From Polyangiales bacterium (GTDB lineage: Bacteria > Myxococcota_A > Polyangia > Polyangiales > Polyangiaceae): a stretch of 64,000 nt of DNA. Location: the NCBI GenBank assembly GCA_038231275.1, contig JBBRLQ010000002.1, positions 480,001 through 544,000 on the forward strand, in the 5' to 3' direction. Of the stretch, positions 9,569 through 18,156 are shown one piece after another (position 1 is the first letter of the stretch; every line of letters starts with the position of its first letter). Under the pieces are notes generated by a model. It saw only the letters and a list, made by a program, of their open reading frames with translations. It ran no database searches and was not told the origin of the DNA. The position numbers and the translations under genes were made by a program.

Positions 9569-10222
9569 TCAGCCCTGCGGCATGGGCTCGAAGGCCGCGC
9601 CCAGACCTTCGAGCCGCGCCCACACTTCGCTGACCAGCGCGCCCACGCCCTCCGCCGTCGAGCCTGCGTACCGCGCGAGGACGAGCTGCGTGCGCAGCGC
9701 CTCGAGCAGCTCGGCCAGCTCATCGAGCGCGCGTCCGTCCGCCGCGCGGAGCTCGTCGAGGCGAACCAGGCTCTCGAGCTGCATCCGCGCCGTCGCGATG
9801 ACCCGCTCCGGCGCGCTGCGTGTCTCCAGATCGCGGAGGCGCTCCCGCGCGGCCGCGACGTCGAAGCCACTCTTGGCGGCGAGCGCGGCGAGCTCGTCGA
9901 GGCGGGCGGCGACGTGGCCGACCTCCTCCGCGATCCGGGCCGCGACCTTGGGCGAGAACACGTCGGCGATCGGCGAGCCTGCCACCGACTCGACCGCCGC
10001 GGCGAGCGCGTGCTCGATGCGTGCCACGGCAGCGTTGGGCGCCGCGACCGATCGGCGGCGCGGCGTCGCCAGCGCGAAGGGCGCCCAGACGGGCCAGAGC
10101 GGGATCGTCATGATCGCCGACGCCGCCACGCTCGTTCGCGAGCCCGGCGCCCGCAGCACCACGGCGATCGCGCACGCAACCCCGACGATGCCGTACAAGA
10201 GGAGGAGATCGGCGAGGCTCAC
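9569..10222 (-). CDS. Membrane-anchored coiled-coil hypothetical protein
   Basis: Two N-terminal TM segments (PLWPVWAPF) then a long amphipathic helical region; GTGA overlap with the upstream gene. Confidence 0.75.
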   Translation of the reverse strand: MSLADLLLLYGIVGVACAIAVVLRAPGSRTSVAASAIMTIPLWPVWAPFALATPRRRSVAAPNAAVARIEHALAAAVESVAGSPIADVFSPKVAARIAEEVGHVAARLDELAALAAKSGFDVAAARERLRDLETRSAPERVIATARMQLESLVRLDELRAADGRALDELAELLEALRTQLVLARYAGSTAEGVGALVSEVWARLEGLGAAFEPMPQG

Positions 10223-10875
10223 GGCGCGAGCTCGCGGACGCTCTTGAGGAGCTGGACGGCGACGCCGCCTTCGCGCTCGTTCGTGAAGAGCGCGATGTCC
10301 TTCTGCCCCGGCGTGCCGAGGTACGGACGAAGGATCCACGCGGACTGACCTCCGACCATCAAGAAGATGGAGACGAAGAGCGCGATCGTCGTGTGCTTGC
10401 CGGGACCGTCGCCGAGCCCTCGGACGAGGAGGCTCAACGCAGCGAGGCCTGCGAGCCCGTAGGCGACGGCCGCCGCCAGCTTGATCGCGTGGTACGGCGC
10501 GCCGAGATCGATCGTGAGCCACAGCGCTGGCGCCGCGGCGAGGAGCACCAGCGAGAAGCGCGCCCCGGCGACCAGGGCCAGCGACGCGACCGTGCGAAAG
10601 CTCCACGCGCGCCCGAACGCCGCCGCCACGCCGTAGAACGCGGGCGCGCAGAGGATGAGCGTGCCGAGCATGACGAGCGGCATCTTCAGGGCCGCGAAGG
10701 CGATTTGCGGCCCGCCGTGCCAGGCGCCGACCACGCCGCCGAAGAGCGCGGCGCCGGCGGCGATGGCGAAGAGCGCGTTCCTGGCGATCGGCGCGACGTC
10801 GACGTCGTCGCGGCACTCGCGCGCGACCTCGGCGGGGTTTCGGAGGATGCGATTCAGAAGGGCGACGTCGATCAT
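10219..10875 (-). CDS. Yip1-like 5-TM membrane protein (family often auto-annotated as 'actin-binding WH2 domain protein')
   Basis: AALKMPL...LCAPAFY and VGGQSAWILRPYLG motifs; ATGA overlap with the upstream gene. Confidence 0.75.
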   Translation of the reverse strand: MIDVALLNRILRNPAEVARECRDDVDVAPIARNALFAIAAGAALFGGVVGAWHGGPQIAFAALKMPLVMLGTLILCAPAFYGVAAAFGRAWSFRTVASLALVAGARFSLVLLAAAPALWLTIDLGAPYHAIKLAAAVAYGLAGLAALSLLVRGLGDGPGKHTTIALFVSIFLMVGGQSAWILRPYLGTPGQKDIALFTNEREGGVAVQLLKSVRELAP

Positions 10876-11519
10876 TGGACCCCCGTGAGGATGGGAAGCG
10901 TGATCCAGAACACGCGGAGCGAGAGCACGGTCGCGAAGACGAGGAAGGCGGGCACGCAGATCGCCGCGAGCGCGCGCGTGCGGGGAGAGGCGCCAGCGAC
11001 GCGCTCGCCGATCTCGCGCGAGAAGGAGCGCGCCGCGATGGCGCCCGCGAGGAGCAGCGCGCCGAAGCCCATGATCGTCACGGTGATCGTGTCTTCGACC
11101 GTGACGACGAAGAGCGCCGCCGCCGGAGCGAGGCCGCCGAGCACGAGCCCTGCGTGCGCGGCGGCCCTCGTCGTCGCGCGACCGAGCGCGAACGCGTCGA
11201 TGGGCGCGTTCGCGAGCGCCAGGACGATCGAGAACGCCGGGACCGCGAGCAGGCACACCGCCAGGATCCCCGCGGGGACGCCGAGCGCATGCGTGAAGAT
11301 GGCCGCGCCGCCGTGGCGTAGGCCGATCGCAGCGCCGAAGAGGAGCGAGAGGCCGATGGCGAGCGCCAGGCGACGCCCCTCGGCGGCCCAGCCCACCGAT
11401 GCCTCGCCGCGCAAGAGCTCTTCGGTCCACGTGTGCGAGGCGGACTCCACACGCGGAGGCGCGGGCGGAGGAGCCTCCGGCGGGGCGATCGCCGGCATCG
11501 GATGCGGGTGTACATTCAT
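10872..11519 (-). CDS. Yip1-like 5-TM membrane protein, distant paralog of the downstream gene
   Basis: AAGGAG RBS before ATG 11519; LFGAAIG, GVPA...LAVPAF and LAPAAALF motifs parallel those of the downstream gene. Confidence 0.75.
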   Translation of the reverse strand: MNVHPHPMPAIAPPEAPPPAPPRVESASHTWTEELLRGEASVGWAAEGRRLALAIGLSLLFGAAIGLRHGGAAIFTHALGVPAGILAVCLLAVPAFSIVLALANAPIDAFALGRATTRAAAHAGLVLGGLAPAAALFVVTVEDTITVTIMGFGALLLAGAIAARSFSREIGERVAGASPRTRALAAICVPAFLVFATVLSLRVFWITLPILTGVQ

Positions 11520-11556
11520 TGGCAAAACTCCTTGAGATGTACGTAGCTCGCGCGTT

Positions 11557-11605
11557 TGCAGGCCTCGGTGAGGGCGCGAGGAGACTCCGCGCAGGAATGA
11601 GGGAG
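11557..11605 (-). promoter_or_regulatory. Putative OmpR/CreB-type tandem direct-repeat binding site
   Basis: Minus strand CTCCC-N6-CTGCG-N6-CTCCT-N6-CTCAC-N6-CTGCA (11-bp period), ending 11 nt before TACGTA. Confidence 0.3.
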
Positions 11606-11636
11606 ATGGCCTCTGCGTTTCGTCGTGGAGGCGAAG

Positions 11637-12332
11637 ATGAACCGTCCGAGCGTCCTGGTGGTCGAGGACGACGGATCCATCGCGGACGCCGTCCTGTACG
11701 CACTCCGCAAGGATGGAATGGTCGCCGAGCCCGCGCCGTCGCTCGCGGCAGCGCGAACGCTGATGACCGGACGCGATCTGCTGATCCTCGATCTCGGTCT
11801 TCCCGACGGGAGCGGGTTCTCGCTGCTCGGTGAGCTGCGCGGCAAGGGCGCGCCGCGTGTCATCGTGCTCACGAGCCGCGACGAGGACGTCGACTGCGTC
11901 GCGGCGCTCGAAGCGGGGGCCGACGACTTCGTGACGAAACCGTTCTCGCCGCGGGCGCTCGTCGCGCGGGCGCGCGCGGTCTTGCGACGGGCGGGAGCGA
12001 GCGAGGAGGCGCCGTGCGCCGCGCGGGACGTCGAGTCGTCGGCCGGATTGTCGATCGACGCGGAGCGACGTCGCGCGACCTACGCGGGTCGTGAGGTGAG
12101 CCTCACCAAGCTCGAGTTCGATCTGCTCGCGGCCCTCGCCGCGGCGCCGGGTCGTGTTCGCACGAGGGCGCAGCTCGTCGCGCTCGTCTGGGGTGACGCC
12201 TACGCCCTCACGGAGCGCACAGTCGACTCCCACGTGAAGGGCGTCCGAAAGAAGCTCGAGGACGGCGGGGCACCTGCTGCGCTGATCGAGACGGTGCGCG
12301 GCGTCGGCTTCCGCCTCGCCGAGGGCGCGTGA
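11637..12332 (+). CDS. OmpR/PhoB-family response regulator (CreB-like)
   Basis: VLVVEDD, LDLGLPDGSG, GADDFVTKPFSPR, ERTVDSHVK and IETVRGVGFR motifs. Confidence 0.95.
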   Translation: MNRPSVLVVEDDGSIADAVLYALRKDGMVAEPAPSLAAARTLMTGRDLLILDLGLPDGSGFSLLGELRGKGAPRVIVLTSRDEDVDCVAALEAGADDFVTKPFSPRALVARARAVLRRAGASEEAPCAARDVESSAGLSIDAERRRATYAGREVSLTKLEFDLLAALAAAPGRVRTRAQLVALVWGDAYALTERTVDSHVKGVRKKLEDGGAPAALIETVRGVGFRLAEGA

Positions 12333-13429
12333 ACGGCGCGCTCGTGGCGGTCACCGGCGTGCTCGACCTCGGGCTCGTCGGGTTCACGCTGTTCTGCCTC
12401 CAGCGATCGCGGAGGCGCGGGGCGTCGCTTCGCCTGCGGATCTTCGCGGCGCTTGCGGTCGCGACCCTTGTGGGCGCGCTCGTGACCGGACTGTTCTCGG
12501 TGTCGATGGACACGACGATCGGCGCCCAAGCGCGCCTCGCACGCGTGATCCCGAAGGCGTTCCTGCTCACTGCGACCCTCTTGCCCCTCGCGGCGGCGGC
12601 GGCGGCGTTCGTGGGGCGAAGGCTCGCACGCTCGATGGAGGAGCTGACCGAGGCCGCGACGCGGATCGCGGAAGGCCAGCGCGGTGCACGTCTGCCGCCA
12701 GGCGACGGCGGTGAGTCACAGCGCCTCGCGCGCGCGCTCGCGAGCATGCGGCGCGAGCTCGAGGGCAAGCCCTACGCGGCGGCGTTCTTGCGCGATGCGT
12801 GGCACGATTTGAAGACGCCGGTCGCGGCGCTGCGCGCGACGCTGGAGGTGCTCGAGGACGGTGCGCTCGAGGATCCCGCGGCGGCGCGTCACTTCGTGGC
12901 GAACCTGCGGCGGTCGACCGAGCAGCTCGATCGGACGCTCGCCGATCTCGTGACGCTCGCCCGCTACGAGACGGCGAGCTTGAGCCCGGGCGGCCCCGCG
13001 GCCGTCGCGGATCTCGTGCGCGAGGCCGTCCTCCGCGTCGGGCCGCTCGCCGAGGCGCGTCACGTCACGATCGGCGCGCAGCTGGATGCGAAGGTGGCGG
13101 CGTTGCCCTGCGATCCCGACGCGCTCTCCCGCGCGCTCGGCAACTTGCTCGAGAACGCCGTGCACGCCAGCCCGGGCGGTACCGTCGGCGTCTCGATCGC
13201 AGGCGATCTTCGTGATGGCGTGGTCATCGACGTGACGAACGAGCCGTCGCGCGTCCCGCAAGAGATCCGGCGCGCCCTCTTCGAGCGCCCCGCGACGTCG
13301 CGCAAGGGCCAGGGCTCGGGCCTCGGCCTCGCGATCGCGCGGGCGGCGGTCGAGGCGCACGGCGGGCGCGTGCGCTTCGTCGAGATGGGACCACCGCGCG
13401 TCCGCGTGCGCGTCGAGCTCCCGCGTTGA
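12329..13429 (+). CDS. HAMP-domain sensor histidine kinase (CreC-like)
   Basis: TM segments, HAMP, H-box WHDLKTP, N-box NLLENA, G2 box GSGLGLAI; GTGA overlap with the regulator. Confidence 0.92.
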   Translation: MNGALVAVTGVLDLGLVGFTLFCLQRSRRRGASLRLRIFAALAVATLVGALVTGLFSVSMDTTIGAQARLARVIPKAFLLTATLLPLAAAAAAFVGRRLARSMEELTEAATRIAEGQRGARLPPGDGGESQRLARALASMRRELEGKPYAAAFLRDAWHDLKTPVAALRATLEVLEDGALEDPAAARHFVANLRRSTEQLDRTLADLVTLARYETASLSPGGPAAVADLVREAVLRVGPLAEARHVTIGAQLDAKVAALPCDPDALSRALGNLLENAVHASPGGTVGVSIAGDLRDGVVIDVTNEPSRVPQEIRRALFERPATSRKGQGSGLGLAIARAAVEAHGGRVRFVEMGPPRVRVRVELPR

Positions 13430-13462
13430 GGAGGGAATTTTCGCTCTGGCCGGAGGAGGAGG

Positions 13463-15280
13463 CTACGGGCAGGGAACGGAGATCGCGCCGGTCGCCGCGC
13501 CGCCTTTGAGATCGACGATCGACTCGGCGCTGACGTTGAGCGGCGTGAGGCCGCTGACGCTGTGGCACTGGAAGGCGGCGCTGCCCGGGACAGGACCCAA
13601 ATCGTTGCCCGTGATCACGGTCGGGTTGCCCGCGACGCCGGCGCCCTGCGCGTTGATCTCGATGTGTGCACCAACCACCGAATTCCCACTGACGGTTCCG
13701 CCCTTGATGTTGGGAGACGCGTACCAGGGGTGCGGCCCCAGCTCGATCCCGAAGTGACAGCCGCCCGGGCAGGAGACGTTGTTGCCCGAGAGCACGGCGC
13801 CGGTGTGATCGCCGAGCGAGGGGCTGTTGAAGTTATCGAGCATGATGGCGGCGAAGGCCGTCTGCGAGATCTGCCCGGCGTAGTTGCCGGTGTACGACGC
13901 GTTGACGCCGCCGCCGGAGATGAAGCCGACGTCGCTGTTGTCGATGAACGCGCAGCCCGTGACCTTGCCGCCGTCGCTCTTGTGGATCGTGAGGCCGTCG
14001 GACCACATGTTCTGCGTCGCGTGATCGCCGTTGCCCCAGAACACGCTATTTTTCATGGTGATCCCGTCCCCGTCCCACTCGAGGCCGGAGCCGCACAGCG
14101 CGCGCGCGGACGCCGCGCCGATGACCGTGCACGTCGCGCAGTTGGCGCCGATGTTGATGCCGTCGCCGTTGTTGCCGCTCGCGCACGCGGACGCGGCGGG
14201 GCTGGGAATCCGGGCGGCGCGGTTGCCGTCGACGAGGACGTGGTCGAGCGTGACGTTCGAGACCGTCGCGTCGATCGCGCCGAGGCGGAGGAAGCCGCGG
14301 GTGGCGGCGGCGGACGGCGAGACGGTCGCGTCGGCGCGGAGCACGGCGCATTTCGGGGCGGCGTACTCGAGGCAACTCGCCGCGTCACCGGTCGCGCCCG
14401 CGGTCGTCAACGTCATCGGCTTCGTGATGCTGACGACGCCGGAGACCCGGAAAATTCCGGGTGGAAGGGCGAGCGTGCCACCGGACAGGGTCTGATCGAT
14501 GCACGACTGGAGCGCCGTCTTCGCGTCGGCGGCGCCGGTCGGATCGGCGGTCACTCCCGGGCACAACGTCACGGCGGGAGCGGCGACGGTCTCGACGTCG
14601 ACGAGGTGCGACGGGCTCGCGTCGCCGATCCACGCGACGCCTTCGCGCATCACTTGGAACGCGTACGCGTGGGTGCCGGTGAGCGGCGGCGCGTGGATGG
14701 GGAGCACGACGGTGACGCTGTGCTGCGGCGGCACGTCGGCGGGCAGCGGGAGGCGGGTCGGCGTCCACAGCTCGAGGTCGCGCGGCGCGGAGGGTCCGAG
14801 CTTCACGCCGGTCGCCGACGTGATGGGGACGGCGGACCACGTTGTGGCGCCGCAGTTGGCGAACGTGACGCTCGCGAAGGGACGAACCCACGGCCCGACC
14901 TTGGACGCCGGCACGACCTCGCTCACGAAGACGGACTCGGGCGCGCCGCCCGCGCAGGCGTTGTAGGGCGCGACGGCGGTACGGCATTTCGTTCCATCGC
15001 ACGCGAGGCCCGTGTTGCACACGAAGTCTGCGCAGCACGCTTGGCCATCGGCGCCGCACGGAGCGGAGGCCTCCGCGGCGTCTTGGCTCGTGCCGCCCTC
15101 CGGAGCGGTCGCGTCGCCGGCGGGCGGGGGCGAGGCCCCGTCGGTCGATGCGTCACCGCCCGACGGCGCGCCTCCGTCGTCGTTGGCGGGAGCTCCATCC
15201 CCGCTGCCGCAGGCTTGGACGGATACGATTGCGAGGCCGAGGGCGAGGCCGATCGAGAGGGTTCGCACGAGAAAGCTCAT
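13463..15280 (-). CDS. Lipoprotein with an Ig-like (NBR1-like) domain and a right-handed parallel beta-helix (pectate-lyase-like) domain
   Basis: Lipobox VQAC; low-complexity linker; VTFANCGATTW...FQVMREGVAWIG; DAKTALQSCID...LPPGIF; Asn/Gly-rich beta-helix repeats. Confidence 0.75.
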   Translation of the reverse strand: MSFLVRTLSIGLALGLAIVSVQACGSGDGAPANDDGGAPSGGDASTDGASPPPAGDATAPEGGTSQDAAEASAPCGADGQACCADFVCNTGLACDGTKCRTAVAPYNACAGGAPESVFVSEVVPASKVGPWVRPFASVTFANCGATTWSAVPITSATGVKLGPSAPRDLELWTPTRLPLPADVPPQHSVTVVLPIHAPPLTGTHAYAFQVMREGVAWIGDASPSHLVDVETVAAPAVTLCPGVTADPTGAADAKTALQSCIDQTLSGGTLALPPGIFRVSGVVSITKPMTLTTAGATGDAASCLEYAAPKCAVLRADATVSPSAAATRGFLRLGAIDATVSNVTLDHVLVDGNRAARIPSPAASACASGNNGDGINIGANCATCTVIGAASARALCGSGLEWDGDGITMKNSVFWGNGDHATQNMWSDGLTIHKSDGGKVTGCAFIDNSDVGFISGGGVNASYTGNYAGQISQTAFAAIMLDNFNSPSLGDHTGAVLSGNNVSCPGGCHFGIELGPHPWYASPNIKGGTVSGNSVVGAHIEINAQGAGVAGNPTVITGNDLGPVPGSAAFQCHSVSGLTPLNVSAESIVDLKGGAATGAISVPCP

Positions 15281-15314
15281 AGCACCGGCCGCGGCCGGCG
15301 GTATCTTCGGGGCC

Positions 15315-15557
15315 ATGCGGAGCCTGCTTTTGGCGCTCGTCGGTCTCGCCCTCGCCGGCTGCCCCGCGCGGAGCCCCGCCGATCAGGACGCATGCACGAC
15401 CGACGCGCACTGCGGGAGCGGGCTCGTCTGCTGCCATAGCTCGGAGGAAGGTCTCGCCACGACGAGCGCGCGCGCGATGGACCGCGGGTTCTGCGTCAAG
15501 TCGGAAGTGTGCGCGAACGTCGTGGCGCCGTCGCAAGCGCCGGTGCCGCCGGAGTGA
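15315..15557 (+). CDS. Small Cys-rich lipoprotein
   Basis: MRSLLLALVGLALAGC lipobox; CTTDAHCGSGLVCC...FCVKSEVC; TATCTT 7 nt upstream. Confidence 0.7.
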   Translation: MRSLLLALVGLALAGCPARSPADQDACTTDAHCGSGLVCCHSSEEGLATTSARAMDRGFCVKSEVCANVVAPSQAPVPPE

Positions 15558-15575
15558 AGCGATCATGAGGCGCCG

Positions 15576-17048
15576 ATGAGCGGCCAGGCCGCACCGAACG
15601 GCGACGACGCCTACGATCGGCTCCCGTACACCGACCACGCGTACGCGGAGGCGCACCCCGATCGTCTCGCCGTCGTGGCACGCCTCTCCGGGTGGCTGCC
15701 GCCGGCCGTGCCGCACGCGCGCGTGCTCGAGATCGGGTGCGGGCGTGGGGGCAACCTCTTGCCGATGGCCTCCGCGCTGCCGGATGCGACGTTCGTGGGC
15801 GTGGATCGCTCCGCGCGTCAGATCGACGAAGCGCGCACGATCGCGCGCGCGGCGTCGCTGCCGAACGTCACGTGGCACGCCGCGAGCTTCGAGGACGCGG
15901 CGGTGGGCGGAGGCTTCGACTACGCGCTCTGCCACGGCGTCGCGTCGTGGGTTCCCGTCGCCACGCGACGCGCCCTCTTCGGCGCGCTCGCGCAGGCCCT
16001 CTCCGCGGACGGCGTCGCGCACGTGAGCTTCAACGTCCTTCCCGGCTGGTACGAGCGCCTCGCCGCGCGCGATTGGCTGCGCTTCGCATCCGGACGCGAG
16101 AGCTTTCCCGAGGACGCGGGCGGCGCGCTCGGGTGGCTGGCGGCGCGGGTCCCGCCGGAACGTGCAGAATACAAACATTTGATGACTGACGTGGCGCGAC
16201 GCATCGCGGAGACCGACGCCGCATACGCCGCGCACGAGTTCCTGGCGGCCGAGCATCACCCCGAGCTCGTTTCGCACGTGCTCGCCGAGGCCGAGGAGGC
16301 CGGGCTCACGTACCTCGGCGACGCGATCCCGCAGATGACGGCGCTGGAGCTCTTGGACCCCGACGTCGCCGCGCGCGCGGAGGGTCTCGACGTGCAGGGC
16401 GCGCAGCAGCTGGTCGACTTCGTCACCGGCGCGGCGTTTCGGCGCGCGCTCTTCGTTCGCAGCGATGCGGCGGCGTCGCGTGGATTTCGCAGCCCTCGGC
16501 GCCTCGACTCCAGCGCCCTCGCGTCCCTCCACATCGCGAGTCGCCTCCGTGCCGATGCGGGGGCCGGCGCGGACGTCGAGCGCTTCGTCGGCGGCGGCCT
16601 GACCGTCGAGATCGCCGAGCCGGCGGCGCGGCGGGCGCTTCACGAGCTCGCGCGCGTCGCCCCCGCGTCCCTCCCCTTCGACGAGATCGCGCGACGCGCC
16701 GGCGGCGGAGCGGAGCTGGCGACCGAGCTCTTCGACGTTTGGCTGGCGACGGGCGCGCTCGATCTCCACGCGTTCGAGCCGCGCCTCGCGACGTTCCCCT
16801 CGGTCAGGCCGCGCGCGTGCCCTGTCGCACGCCTTCGCGCGCAGCAGGGCGGCCCCATCACGAACGTCTGGCACCACGGGGTGGTCCTCCCGGACGCGCT
16901 CACGCGCGCGGTCCTCGCGCACGCCGACGGCTCCCGCAATGACGAAGAGATCGCGCACGCCATCGACACCGCCCGATCCACCGAGCTCGTGACCGCCGTT
17001 CGCGCAAGCCTCGTCGTCCTCGCGTCGCTCGCGCTCCTCGTGGAGTGA
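15576..17048 (+). CDS. Class I SAM-dependent methyltransferase with methyltransferase-regulatory domain
   Basis: YDRLPY...HPDRL, VLEIGCGRGGNLLPMA, FDYALCHGVASWV, SFNVLPGW, HEFL and FRRALF motifs. Confidence 0.9.
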   Translation: MSGQAAPNGDDAYDRLPYTDHAYAEAHPDRLAVVARLSGWLPPAVPHARVLEIGCGRGGNLLPMASALPDATFVGVDRSARQIDEARTIARAASLPNVTWHAASFEDAAVGGGFDYALCHGVASWVPVATRRALFGALAQALSADGVAHVSFNVLPGWYERLAARDWLRFASGRESFPEDAGGALGWLAARVPPERAEYKHLMTDVARRIAETDAAYAAHEFLAAEHHPELVSHVLAEAEEAGLTYLGDAIPQMTALELLDPDVAARAEGLDVQGAQQLVDFVTGAAFRRALFVRSDAAASRGFRSPRRLDSSALASLHIASRLRADAGAGADVERFVGGGLTVEIAEPAARRALHELARVAPASLPFDEIARRAGGGAELATELFDVWLATGALDLHAFEPRLATFPSVRPRACPVARLRAQQGGPITNVWHHGVVLPDALTRAVLAHADGSRNDEEIAHAIDTARSTELVTAVRASLVVLASLALLVE

Positions 17049-17065
17049 TCGCCGCGTCTTTCGCG

Positions 17066-18118
17066 CTACCCCGGCAGCCCCAGCTCGCGCCACTTGACCA
17101 TGCCGCCGGCGAGGTTCGCGACGCGCGTGAGCCCCGCCTTCTTCAAGATCACGGTCGCCATCCCCGAGCGCTTCCCGGTCTGGCAGACGACGATCACCGG
17201 TCGGTCGTCCTTCACCTCGGCCGCCCGCGCGCGCAGCTCGTCGAGCGGAATGCTCCGCGCGCCGGAGAGCACGCCGAGATCGCCGCGCAGCTCCTCCGGC
17301 GAGCGCACATCGAGCAGCTCGACGTCGCCGCGATGCGAAGCCACCCACTCCGGCGCCACTTCGAGGAGCCCGCCGTACGTCGTGACGACGGGTCCCCACG
17401 TCGGCGCAGAGGGCGCGTTTCCGTCCTCCGGCTGCCCGGCGCGAAGGTTCGCCGGCACCGCGACCTGGAGGAGCTTGGGGTGCGGCAGGCCGAGGTTCGA
17501 CATGTAGCCGACGAAGTCCTCCTCGCGCGCGCCGCCCCCGATGCGTGGATTGTGCACCTTTTCCTCGCCGATGGTGCTCGACGTGCGGCCGTCGTAATCG
17601 TGGCCGGGGTAAACGACGCACGCGTCGGGGAGCGTGAACAGCTGCTCCTTGATCGAGCGGAAGAGCCGATGCGGGTCCCCTTCTTGGAAGTCCGTGCGCC
17701 CAGCGCCTCGCACCAGCAGCGCGTCGCCTGTGAAGACGGCCGAGCGATCGCTCGTCACGAACGCCAGACACCCCGACGTGTGGCCAGGCACCGCGCGCAC
17801 GCGGAGCACCAGCTCGCCCATCTTCACCGTCGACTCGTGGACGAGCGGCAGATCGATGTTCTTGGCGCCGTAGACGCCCGCGAGGCCGATCTTGCTCCCC
17901 AGCGCGCTCTTCATGAGCCAGGCGCCGGTCACGTGATCGGCGTGGCAGTGGGTGTCGAGGGTGGCCACCAGGCGGAGACCGAGCTCGCGCACGAGGGCCA
18001 CGTCACGCGTGTGCTGCTCGAACACGGGATCGATGAGGACCGCCTCCCCCGTCTTCTCGTCCCCGAGCAGGTAGGTGTACGTGCTGGACACCGCGTCGAA
18101 GAGCTGACGAAAAATCAC
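17066..18118 (-). CDS. Persulfide dioxygenase (ETHE1/Sdo-like MBL fold) fused to rhodanese
   Basis: FRQLFD..SSTYTYLL, THCHADHVTG, PGHTSGC, GRTDFQ, YPGHDY; C-terminal rhodanese VCQTGKRS...NLAGGMVKW. Confidence 0.92.
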   Translation of the reverse strand: MIFRQLFDAVSSTYTYLLGDEKTGEAVLIDPVFEQHTRDVALVRELGLRLVATLDTHCHADHVTGAWLMKSALGSKIGLAGVYGAKNIDLPLVHESTVKMGELVLRVRAVPGHTSGCLAFVTSDRSAVFTGDALLVRGAGRTDFQEGDPHRLFRSIKEQLFTLPDACVVYPGHDYDGRTSSTIGEEKVHNPRIGGGAREEDFVGYMSNLGLPHPKLLQVAVPANLRAGQPEDGNAPSAPTWGPVVTTYGGLLEVAPEWVASHRGDVELLDVRSPEELRGDLGVLSGARSIPLDELRARAAEVKDDRPVIVVCQTGKRSGMATVILKKAGLTRVANLAGGMVKWRELGLPG

Positions 18119-18156
18119 GGAGGCACCTCCACCCTCTGAGACTACACTCCCGGGCC

